Shown here piece by piece: positions 1 through 8,226 of a DNA stretch of 64,000 bases (position 1 is the first letter of the stretch; every line of letters starts with the position of its first letter). The stretch is taken from NCBI GenBank assembly GCA_016704325.1, contig JADJAG010000001.1, positions 320,787 to 384,786 on the forward strand, given 5' to 3'. The notes below the pieces were generated by a model. It was not told the DNA's origin. It saw only the letters and a program-made list of their open reading frames with translations, and made no database searches. The stretch comes from Chitinophagaceae bacterium (GTDB lineage Bacteria > Bacteroidota > Bacteroidia > Chitinophagales > UBA10324). Made by a program: the position numbers and the translations under genes.

Positions 1-110
1 TGTATGCTTGCCGGTGCGTAAGCAGCTACCAGGGCTCCAAAGCCTGGAATCACAACTTTATCATTTCTTAATAAGAGTTTACAGAGGTATTCCGGAACAT
101 TCATATGCAT
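1..110 (-). CDS. 5' end of a gene that runs off the window; the N-terminus resembles HU-CCDC81/SPOR-type Bacteroidota proteins (partial)
   Basis: The reverse strand from ATG at 110 (or 104) reads MHMNVPEYLCKLLLRNDKVVIPGFGALVAAYAPAS and stays open to the window edge. The opening pattern '..L..hd.V.iPGFG.f' is what I recall for that family. It is absent from the ORF track because it is truncated. Confidence 0.35.
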   Translation of the reverse strand, partial: MHMNVPEYLCKLLLRNDKVVIPGFGALVAAYAPASI

Positions 111-229
111 TACACAATTAGCCGTTAAAAATAACTATTTCGATGTGAGGATATTTATAACGTTAAGTTTTGGTTAAATTGAATAAATTAGCCGATTCCA
201 AAATACAACACCTTTAGACTTTGCATGAT

Positions 230-1519
230 ATGATACAACGTTTGGTTTTCCTCTTATTGCTGTTTGCTTCTGTCGGTGGCAAAGGTTATGCTCAATCCGT
301 CACTTTTTCAGAACTTAATTACAATTCAGATTCTACTACAAATTCAAGTAATTGGGTGGAACTCTACAATTATGGTTCATCTTCTGTTGATCTCACCGGT
401 TGGTTTCTGAAAGACAACAATAACGCCAATCTCTTCACCTTCCCGTCAGGTACCAACGTCGCAGCCGGTGCAAGACTTGTTGTGGTGAACAATGTTGCAG
501 AGTTCACCGGGCAATTTCCACTCGTAACAAATTATTTAGGAGCGATGGATTTTAGCTTTGGAAATGATGCTGATGAAGTGAGGCTTTTTGATAATGCAGG
601 TATCTTAAAACTCTATATGAGTTATACCGATACACTACCATGGCCTGAAGGTGCAGATGGAACAGGGAGAACTATAGAACTTATCGATGCACTTGTTTCC
701 CCTGATACGCCAACCAATTGGTTTGTGGGTTGCATGAAAGGTTCTCCGGGAAAGGCCTTCACTCCTTGCGATGATCCATTGGTTTTCTCAGAAATAAACT
801 ACAATTCCGATACCTTGCTTGATTCCGGAGATTGGATCGAATTGTATAATCGCTCAACAGGAGGTATCAATTTAACAGGTTGGAGTTTTAAAGACAGTAA
901 TGACGACAACCCTTACTTCTTTCCGGTTAACACCCAAATTGCTGCTGGTGCGCGTCTGGTAATTGTCCACGATACTGCCAAATTTAAAATCCGGCATCCT
1001 GATGTTACAAATTATGTAGGCCCTTTTACTTTTAATCTAAGTAATGATGGCGAGATGGTCAGGCTATTTAATTTCCAGGGCAAGCTTACTTTCTCAATTG
1101 TTTACGATGACGACGGAGACTGGCCTGCCGGTGCAGACGGTGGTGATTATACACTGGAATTATTGAGCGCAACCGGCAATATGAATAGTTTTTCCAATTG
1201 GTTTACCGGTTGCCCGGAAGGGTCACCCGGACAGGAATACGATCCTAATTGCAATGTTGGCATCGAATCCGTTGTGAATAATCCCCTGGTGGCAATGGTT
1301 TCGCAACAAGACGATATTATTCTTATTCAGTTCAGTCAAGAAGTTCAAAATCAAAAAAAATCAGTCTCACTCTATAATTTGTTTGGTCAGGAATTTCTGA
1401 AGAAGGACAGTACAGGATCTGAGATCTCTCTAGAAACCCGGAATTTACCATCCGGAATTTATGTGTTGTCAGTACGATCCGGTATTTCATTTTGGTCAAA
1501 GAAATTATTCATCCATTAA
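230..1519 (+). CDS. Secreted protein with two lamin-tail-domain (LTD)-like modules and a T9SS C-terminal sorting domain
   Basis: Signal peptide MIQRLVFLLLLFASVGGKGYA/QS. There are two ~170-aa internal copies (FSELNYNSD..NWVELYN..VDLTGWFLKD and FSEINYNSD..DWIELYN..INLTGWSFKD, each ending WPxGADG..T[IL]EL..NWF.GC..GSPG). The last ~80 aa have the LYNxxGQ...LPSGIYVLSV pattern of Por/T9SS sorting domains. I prefer ATG 230 to the TTG at 221 used by the ORF track. Confidence 0.75.
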   Translation: MIQRLVFLLLLFASVGGKGYAQSVTFSELNYNSDSTTNSSNWVELYNYGSSSVDLTGWFLKDNNNANLFTFPSGTNVAAGARLVVVNNVAEFTGQFPLVTNYLGAMDFSFGNDADEVRLFDNAGILKLYMSYTDTLPWPEGADGTGRTIELIDALVSPDTPTNWFVGCMKGSPGKAFTPCDDPLVFSEINYNSDTLLDSGDWIELYNRSTGGINLTGWSFKDSNDDNPYFFPVNTQIAAGARLVIVHDTAKFKIRHPDVTNYVGPFTFNLSNDGEMVRLFNFQGKLTFSIVYDDDGDWPAGADGGDYTLELLSATGNMNSFSNWFTGCPEGSPGQEYDPNCNVGIESVVNNPLVAMVSQQDDIILIQFSQEVQNQKKSVSLYNLFGQEFLKKDSTGSEISLETRNLPSGIYVLSVRSGISFWSKKLFIH

Positions 1520-1534
1520 AACACACGGTTTAAT

Positions 1535-1939
1535 TTGAAACCTGAAATTAAGATTCTGTTAATATTTCTGCTATTAATTGGTGCATTGTTTCCAATCAGT
1601 TCTTGTAAGAAGGGACCTGGAGAAGGAGGAACTTCCATATTACATGGCAAGATTAGGATTGAAGATTATAATGGTGCCGGCGTATTACAAGCTACTTATT
1701 ATGCTCAGGAAGAAAGGGTGTACCTGATATTTGGCGATGAAGGATTTTATGGTCTGGATACCAGGACCAGTTTTGACGGAGTTTATGAATTTAAGTACCT
1801 CACAAAAGGAAGCTATACCGTGTTTGCCTATGCAGATTGCGATACCTGTGCTTCTGGTGTAATCGCGGTTTCTAAAGAAATTGAAATCACTGAAAAAAAT
1901 GCAACCACGGAAGTTGATGAAATCGTTTTGAGAAAATAG
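1535..1939 (+). CDS. Small lipoprotein, family not recognised (possibly a carboxypeptidase-regulatory-like beta-sandwich)
   Basis: The TTG start lies 15 nt after the LTD gene stop. Lipobox LFPISS/C. The segment DGVYEFKYLTKGSYTVFAY resembles CarboxypepD_reg-type strands. The spacing indicates the same operon as its neighbours. Confidence 0.55.
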   Translation: MKPEIKILLIFLLLIGALFPISSCKKGPGEGGTSILHGKIRIEDYNGAGVLQATYYAQEERVYLIFGDEGFYGLDTRTSFDGVYEFKYLTKGSYTVFAYADCDTCASGVIAVSKEIEITEKNATTEVDEIVLRK

Positions 1940-1952
1940 AAAATTTATATCA

Positions 1953-2396
1953 ATGAAGAGTAATTGGATACTTACAAAAGTAATAGCACGGATATCGCTC
2001 CTTATTCCGCTTATGGCGATCATGCTCCTTGGAAACAAATTGCAGGCACAGGAACTGCCTCAAACTGGCAAGATCAAGTCGGTCACTGAAGTAGTGATCG
2101 AATCCAAAGGTGGAAAGGAAACAGAGGTTCGAAAGTCGTTCAGGGCATATAACGAAAAGGGCAATCTGACGGAGGAAATTGAATATGATGATGATGGAAA
2201 AATAAAAAACCACACCACAAGTGAATACAATGAGAAACAACAAAAAGTAAAAGAAACTGCTTTTCTACCTGATGGTAAAATTGAAAGTATTGCATTGTAT
2301 ACTTATGACCCTGAGGGTAACAGAATTTCTAAAACTACCATGAATAAGGATGGCTCTGTAAAATCAAAGAAAGTATTTCACTATGAATACCGTTGA
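1953..2396 (+). CDS. Secreted K/E-rich repeat protein (YD-like beta-hairpin repeats), function unknown
   Basis: Signal peptide ending LQA/QE. Repeated units are EYDDDGKIK, LPDGKIES, YDPEGNRIS and NKDGSVKS. It starts 13 nt after the previous stop, and its own stop overlaps the next gene's ATG by 14 nt. Confidence 0.55.
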   Translation: MKSNWILTKVIARISLLIPLMAIMLLGNKLQAQELPQTGKIKSVTEVVIESKGGKETEVRKSFRAYNEKGNLTEEIEYDDDGKIKNHTTSEYNEKQQKVKETAFLPDGKIESIALYTYDPEGNRISKTTMNKDGSVKSKKVFHYEYR

Positions 2397-3168
2397 GCAA
2401 GGAAGGGAGCGTGAGGAGCTGACACGATTGTTGTCAGCATTTAAGCCAATTACACTTAAAGAAATGGAATCGGTACAGTTGATGAGCCGATTTGATATGA
2501 AGTACGTTTTCCGCCTTTCGCAATTGCCTGCTTTCTTAAAAACGGTAGCTGAAGATTACCAGGTTCTTTTAATTGACGGCTTGCAGCTGTTTCGATATGA
2601 GAATCAATATTTTGATACTGCTTCACTTAAATCATACCATGATCATCATAATAGCCGTTCCAGCAGGTACAAGATCAGATATCGAAGATACCTCGACAAT
2701 GACAAGTGCTTCTTAGAAGTAAAACAGAAAATCAATACCGGTCTTACGAAAAAATCAAGGCTGCGGGTTGCCGAATTCAAAAACGAACTTTCTTCTTCTG
2801 AAGTTGAATTCACCAGAGAACAACTGGGCGTTAATCCCGAACAACTGTTTCCACAGATCGCCAATAATTTTTCACGTATAACATTGGTAAACATTGCTGC
2901 AGGTGAACGGGTCACCATTGATCTGCTCATCAGCTTTAAACGTGGTGTGGCTGAAAGGACGCTGAATCAACTCGTTATCGCCGAAGTAAAACAACAGCAT
3001 GTCAGCTCCCTATCGGTTTGGAAAAAATTAATGCAATCAAACCGTATCTTTCCGACCCGCATCAGCAAGTATTGCCTTGGCACCTTGCTCACCAATCCGG
3101 GAATTAAATACAATCGCTTCAAACCAAAATTAACTGTACTAAAAAAAATCTGTGATGTTGCTTATTGA
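2383..3168 (+). CDS. VTC-domain protein (triphosphate-tunnel metalloenzyme fold, polyphosphate-polymerase-like)
   Basis: Ordered motifs are SRFDMKYVF, ENQYFDT, RYKIRYRRY, CFLEVKQK, ERVTIDLLISF, LVIAEVKQQ and RISKYCLG. They line up with the tunnel strands of yeast Vtc4 as I recall them (TTKYWVH, SIYFDN, HRLRWYG, IFVERKTH, VRISLDTEL, AVLEVKLQ, KFSKFIHG). There is no signal peptide or TM segment. Confidence 0.8.
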   Translation: MNTVEQGREREELTRLLSAFKPITLKEMESVQLMSRFDMKYVFRLSQLPAFLKTVAEDYQVLLIDGLQLFRYENQYFDTASLKSYHDHHNSRSSRYKIRYRRYLDNDKCFLEVKQKINTGLTKKSRLRVAEFKNELSSSEVEFTREQLGVNPEQLFPQIANNFSRITLVNIAAGERVTIDLLISFKRGVAERTLNQLVIAEVKQQHVSSLSVWKKLMQSNRIFPTRISKYCLGTLLTNPGIKYNRFKPKLTVLKKICDVAY

Positions 3169-3775
3169 ATTGTTCTTTACCACTGTCAACTATATTTTCT
3201 GGGATTCCGCCGACCTGTTGGACCTATTACTTCGATTTGCTTTTAATTTCCTCGTTGCTTACGTGATCATCAGATGGATCTATTATCCTACCCATAAAAA
3301 CAAGGATTATCTCTTCACCTACTTCCTTTTTAACATCATAATTTTCATGTTGTGCTATATGATGCGTAATACGCAACTGGAGATTGGTGTAGCATTCGGG
3401 TTATTTGCGGTATTTTCTATTCTCAGGTACAGAACACTTAATGTGGGTGTGATGGACATGGCCTATCTCTTTCTGATTATAAGCGTTGGTGTAATCAACT
3501 CGCTCAGCAATGAACAGGTAAGCATTGCAGAAGTGCTATTCGCTAATTTGCTTATTGTTGGCGCCATTTTTATTCTTGAAAAAGTCTGGCTCGTAAGAAT
3601 TGCTGCCAACAAGGTTGTCATTTATGAAAAGATTGAAAATATCCGTCCGGAGAATTATGAGAAGTTGCTCGCTGATCTTAAAGAACGAACAGGCTTAAAT
3701 GTGCACCGTGTTGAAATAGGCAGGGTCGATTTCATGCGTGATATAGCACGTATCCGGATATTTTATTTTGATTAG
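3155..3775 (+). CDS. DUF4956-family integral membrane protein (usual partner of bacterial VTC genes)
   Basis: ATG 3155 (GTG 3152 also possible) overlaps the VTC stop at 3168. It has four to five hydrophobic helices followed by a ~60-aa soluble tail. FAVFSILRYRT matches the conserved SIxRFRT-like core I recall for DUF4956. Confidence 0.7.
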   Translation: MLLIELFFTTVNYIFWDSADLLDLLLRFAFNFLVAYVIIRWIYYPTHKNKDYLFTYFLFNIIIFMLCYMMRNTQLEIGVAFGLFAVFSILRYRTLNVGVMDMAYLFLIISVGVINSLSNEQVSIAEVLFANLLIVGAIFILEKVWLVRIAANKVVIYEKIENIRPENYEKLLADLKERTGLNVHRVEIGRVDFMRDIARIRIFYFD

Positions 3776-3849
3776 CTGGTTTAAAAACGAAACCCCTGTT
3801 CCGTAAATATTTCTGTTTTTTCTTTTGGTTCCTGCTCTTAACCAGCAGT

Positions 3850-4437
3850 GTGGCTTATGCACAGGAAACTATTTTCCAAACATGGACAAGCGCCGGGATA
3901 GAAAAGAAGTTATCTAAGAAACTTTCTTTGCTGGTATCTGAAGAACTCCGGTTAGGTTATAACAAACCTAATGAGTATTCTTTCCTGTCTGAAGCAGGCA
4001 TGAAGTATAAATTGGGGAAGAAAATGGATGCAAGTTTTAATTTCAGAGTAACAGTCAAGGCAAATGAAATTGCATACAGGCCATATATTGACCTGAGTTA
4101 TGAAATAGATATTCAAAAATTCACCATAGAACCCAGGTTGCGATATCAGTATCAGCTGCAAAAAAATGAGCCTGCGGAAAATTATTTCAGAGCAAAAACA
4201 ACTCTTAAGTATGAGATAAACAAACAATGGCAGCCATATGTGTCCGGTGAATTGTTCTATCATGCATTTTACTATAAGGGTAGTTTATTTGACGAATACA
4301 GGCTTGCGGCAGGCATTGAGCATACCTACAAGAAAGCGCATACCATAAAGCTATACTACCTGTTTGACCAGGAGTTCAATGTAAATAATCCAACACAACG
4401 TCATGCAGCAGGACTTGCATATGAATATGAATTTTAA
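3850..4437 (+). CDS. DUF2490-like outer-membrane beta-barrel protein (true start probably upstream; see findings)
   Basis: Alternating amphipathic strands rich in Y/F, ending ...AAGLAYEYEF (aromatic C-terminus typical of OM barrels). The size and pattern fit DUF2490. The reading frame is open from 3772 and encodes a textbook signal peptide (KPLFRKYFCFFFWFLLLTSSVAYA/QE) upstream of the GTG used by the ORF track, but it has no ATG/GTG/TTG there. Confidence 0.55.
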   Translation: MAYAQETIFQTWTSAGIEKKLSKKLSLLVSEELRLGYNKPNEYSFLSEAGMKYKLGKKMDASFNFRVTVKANEIAYRPYIDLSYEIDIQKFTIEPRLRYQYQLQKNEPAENYFRAKTTLKYEINKQWQPYVSGELFYHAFYYKGSLFDEYRLAAGIEHTYKKAHTIKLYYLFDQEFNVNNPTQRHAAGLAYEYEF

Positions 4438-4479
4438 TCATTTGAGCATCATCTTCAATCTATCATTATTTCAGAGGAT

Positions 4480-7089
4480 TCAGAACCACCATCCAAGTTT
4501 AATATTCATGAGTCCTCCAGGTTCATCATCGGAGAAGGCATAAGTAGCTGACAATACCGCTAGCCCGAAGGGGCTTAACCAAATGCCCCCACCATAGCTT
4601 GTATGGATTTTATTGGATGTATCATTCTTAACCCATACCCTGCCACTATCAAACAGTCCGATTATTCCGAAATCAGCCGGAAAGATATAGGCGTTAAAAT
4701 GAAAAAGCTTGAGGCGTGCTTCCAGGTTATTGTATAAAGCGGCATCACCGGAATAGCGTTCTCCTCTTAATCCCCTAACATTTTCATTTGTTCTTCCGCC
4801 TATGATATTGGCCTGATAAAACTCAAAATCACCGACATTAATGCCGCCTCCAAACCTGGTAGCTAATACCAGCCTTTCATTTTTTCGACTGTCATAAATA
4901 TGCAAGAAAAGAGATACATAACCGCGAATGAAACCAAAGTTGACCGTGTTTTCTTCCAATTGCTTTAAATAGCCTGTATTCACAAGAAACCTAGCCTGGA
5001 AAATCGGTAAGGAATCTGTGCTAAAAGGATTGTACCTGAATTGCGTGTTTAATCCGAGGTAGTGCTTCCTGGAAACATTATCTTCCGTTAAATCAGGAAA
5101 CACCTCACCAAAGTTATCAATGGTATCAGATGAAAGTTTTGCCTGCTGATAAATAGGTCCGAAAAGAAAACGCACCTTGTCAGCCTGGCCCGCTTCAAGA
5201 GCCGGGTACAGTAATGCCTGGTTGATTCGTAACCGGTAATCTTCATCAGGAAAATTTTTTACTGTTTCATTACCATAACCAAAGAAGTTCTGTTGGTAGT
5301 TTGGAGCTAGTACATTTGCCTGAATATTGAAATTAAGTTTGCCGATTACATCCGTAAAATCTCCCTGGTAAGAAAAACTAAATGCACCTGTTCTGAATGC
5401 GGCCTGTCCGCTGAAAGATTGCTTCGACTTATATGGAAATTTTTTAAACCCATGTGTAATGCGAGAAACACTCGCTCCTAAAAAAACACCATCATCCGTA
5501 TTGAATCCAAAGACAGGAAAAAATCCATTGAAATTGTATTCAAAACTTTTTGTAGTATACGTATTGAAAACACTATCTGCAAAAGTCTTATCCTTAGCTT
5601 CTGTACCCAACTGCAGGTAATTTCCATCTTCACTGTCATATACTTTTGTGGATTTTCCAAAACCCGACACCCTGGATAGATCAATGATGCTGTCACGGCC
5701 TTCGCCACCCACAATCCGCACTTTGGAATTTGCGCCGGATTTACCTGACACTTCCACAATGTCGCTACCGTCAAGTCCATAAAGAATCAATTCCTTTGTC
5801 TCACTTTTTACAAACTTCCGGTAATAAGAAAGTTTACCAGGTTGGTCATTTCTCATCTGATAAACGAAGACCTCCGTTTGCCCGCCGTCTGATCTTTTAA
5901 CCTGAAACAAATCGGCCTTGTTGGTTCCAACGATGGCTACGTTTTCTGCCAGGAAAAAATAATACTTGTCGGCTATGATTGACAGATTGTCCCTTCGCGC
6001 TTTCAAAACAGCAATAATCTCAGGGGCTGACAGTTTATAAACGGTATCCGGCCATATCCTGAAGGCTTTTTCAATATCAGCATCAGTAAGCAATTGCTTT
6101 AACGTATCAGCAGCCAGCATCCAGTCATTCCGAGTCAGGCGTGTCATAAAATTATGATCGAAATAGCGAGCGCCGTAATTGAACCATTTGGTGCTGATAG
6201 GCATAGGTTTGTAATGCTGCATTTTACGCGTCGACATAATATTCAGACTCGCATAAGTGGGAAGTATCCCATCAAAATTAAAAAAGGCCTGGTCCCTGTC
6301 TCTTGGTATCGGCCGGTACATTTTCTTCCCGCCGTCCAGGTTAAATTGCGCCCATCTCCACTGATCCTCGTGACGATCCCAATCGCCGATCATCATATCA
6401 AACAACCTGGAACGTACAACAAAATGTTCATCCACAAAGTAGTCGCTGCTTTTATGCAGGTTCTCATAAAGGTCTAACGTGCCTATAACTTTCCTGAAGC
6501 CGGTTAATCCTGATTCAACTCCTGCATTGCTGAGTTCCCGCTCTTCAAAGAGGACAACCTGGTGCTTAAATATATCGCGGAACTCTCCTAAAAGCGAATC
6601 ATCAGGAACATACAATACCATTGGATTTGCATGATAAATACCGGCCGGCTTTGCCAGTTCAGCAGCCACCAGGAAACCGTAAGGATGAGAGGCAGAAATC
6701 TGATCCTGAATAGCATCTGTGATGATGGTTTTCCTGAAGACACTGGCAACTGTTTTTGAAGGGTCCTTATCAATCGTCCGGATAACATATTGATTGCTAT
6801 CGGCTCCCATCAATCTTAACGATAATGTTTGAAAACCTCCGCCGCGCTTAAGCGGCGTTAGGCCCCCTTTCATATGCTGCAAATCAAGATAGCGCATGGT
6901 AATAGGTGCAGACCAGACTTCACGATAGTGACTTCCCAGAAATAACCGGCCAATGAGTTGCGCTCTATACTTATCACTTGCAGGCCTTGTAATGAGGCTG
7001 TCACGGTAATCGGTAACCTGTGCTTTTGCAGAAAAGGTTATGATGACTATAAATAAAATGAAGATCAGAAATGGCAGATTATTTTTCAT
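4480..7089 (-). CDS. Omp85 (BamA/TamA, bacterial surface antigen) family outer-membrane protein with a large non-POTRA N-terminal domain
   Basis: Signal peptide ...FSAKA/QV. The C-terminal ~350 aa have the Omp85 barrel pattern (GGRTNENVRGLRGERYSGDAALYNNLEARL ... GGGIWLSPFGL ... LMNIKLGWWF). The N-terminal ~450 aa contain RGGGFQT, YVIRTIDKD, IGDWDRHEDQW and PRDRDQAFF. The start overlaps the upstream gene's stop by 11 nt. Confidence 0.75.
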   Translation of the reverse strand: MKNNLPFLIFILFIVIITFSAKAQVTDYRDSLITRPASDKYRAQLIGRLFLGSHYREVWSAPITMRYLDLQHMKGGLTPLKRGGGFQTLSLRLMGADSNQYVIRTIDKDPSKTVASVFRKTIITDAIQDQISASHPYGFLVAAELAKPAGIYHANPMVLYVPDDSLLGEFRDIFKHQVVLFEERELSNAGVESGLTGFRKVIGTLDLYENLHKSSDYFVDEHFVVRSRLFDMMIGDWDRHEDQWRWAQFNLDGGKKMYRPIPRDRDQAFFNFDGILPTYASLNIMSTRKMQHYKPMPISTKWFNYGARYFDHNFMTRLTRNDWMLAADTLKQLLTDADIEKAFRIWPDTVYKLSAPEIIAVLKARRDNLSIIADKYYFFLAENVAIVGTNKADLFQVKRSDGGQTEVFVYQMRNDQPGKLSYYRKFVKSETKELILYGLDGSDIVEVSGKSGANSKVRIVGGEGRDSIIDLSRVSGFGKSTKVYDSEDGNYLQLGTEAKDKTFADSVFNTYTTKSFEYNFNGFFPVFGFNTDDGVFLGASVSRITHGFKKFPYKSKQSFSGQAAFRTGAFSFSYQGDFTDVIGKLNFNIQANVLAPNYQQNFFGYGNETVKNFPDEDYRLRINQALLYPALEAGQADKVRFLFGPIYQQAKLSSDTIDNFGEVFPDLTEDNVSRKHYLGLNTQFRYNPFSTDSLPIFQARFLVNTGYLKQLEENTVNFGFIRGYVSLFLHIYDSRKNERLVLATRFGGGINVGDFEFYQANIIGGRTNENVRGLRGERYSGDAALYNNLEARLKLFHFNAYIFPADFGIIGLFDSGRVWVKNDTSNKIHTSYGGGIWLSPFGLAVLSATYAFSDDEPGGLMNIKLGWWF

Positions 7090-8047
7090 TCCGATTGTAG
7101 TTGAACTTCAGGATGTTAGCACGACCATCACGACCTTCATCAGAAATGTACATCGTTCCATCAGCTAAAAAAGTGAGGCCTTCCGGTTGCTTCAGCACTT
7201 CCGTATTCAGTTGAGTAATGTATTGGATTGTATTATCGCGATTGAGCACGAGCATTAAATTGCCAACAGAAGAAATTAGATAAACCTGATCGGTAACAGG
7301 GTGAACATGTACTTCTGAAGGCTGAAAGGCAAGGTCTCCTTTCCCGGGGTCAAGTAAAGATTGCAGTTCATTACTTATGGATTTCAAACGGTCGGTTTGT
7401 GCCAGGTAGATTTTAATAGCCTCTATTTTTATGGTGTATACCGGAGCTGCAGAAATCATATTGGTTTTAAGATCAAATCCATAGATAGCCCTGGTTCCTT
7501 TCATTGCTGCTCCAGGCTTGTCTTTGCAGGCAATCAGCAGCCTGTGATTCTTCCTGTCATAGCACAGACCTTCCGTATCATTGGATTCATTCAAAGGTGT
7601 TTTGAATTCAATAGTTTCTTGCTTTTGAGAATTGAAATTCACGATGCGCCGGAGATTGCCATCACTGCTCAGCACCCAAATGGTATCCCGCACAATAGCC
7701 ACTCCTTCATAGTCTCCTTTCTCTCCAAACTTTACTGATTCTTTCAGTTCACCCTTTTTAATATCATAAACATACACCTTACCCACTTCATCCTGAACAC
7801 AAAGGATTTCAGACTTCTTATTGAAATCAATTCCGGAAATCTCCATGAGTTCCTCGGGCAGCTTAAATTTCTCCGATGGGCTTTCAAGATTGTAAGGGAA
7901 AAAATAGGCTGAAGACAATTCATTATTTAAAGTATCGGTTGTTTCAGCGCCTACTACACTTTGAATCGCCTGAGTTGAATTATCCGACTTACATGATAAT
8001 AATACCGGAAAAATGATCAAAAAAATTATTAATGCATTTTTTTTCAT
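7079..8047 (-). CDS. Lipoprotein with an SdiA-regulated/YjiK-like (phytase-like) beta-propeller domain
   Basis: ATG 8047 gives MKKNALIIFLIIFPVLLS/C, a lipobox. Blade-like repeats are EISGIDF, YEGVAIV, TEGLCYD, PSEVHVHP and PEGLTFLADGTMYISDEG. The assignment is from memory of PF06977-type proteins. Confidence 0.5.
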   Translation of the reverse strand: MKKNALIIFLIIFPVLLSCKSDNSTQAIQSVVGAETTDTLNNELSSAYFFPYNLESPSEKFKLPEELMEISGIDFNKKSEILCVQDEVGKVYVYDIKKGELKESVKFGEKGDYEGVAIVRDTIWVLSSDGNLRRIVNFNSQKQETIEFKTPLNESNDTEGLCYDRKNHRLLIACKDKPGAAMKGTRAIYGFDLKTNMISAAPVYTIKIEAIKIYLAQTDRLKSISNELQSLLDPGKGDLAFQPSEVHVHPVTDQVYLISSVGNLMLVLNRDNTIQYITQLNTEVLKQPEGLTFLADGTMYISDEGRDGRANILKFNYNRNEK

Positions 8048-8226
8048 ACTACTGGTAATTGGATTCTTGAAAAATAGCAAATTTCTTTTCAAATCAACTT
8101 ATATGACCATACGATTTTTAGGCTTTTAAAGATTCTATCAAGCATCCTATCCTATGAATTTCACAAATATGCTATCTTGAACAACGATATAGGCGTACCA
8201 CACAACTTCACAATCAATGCAAAGCG

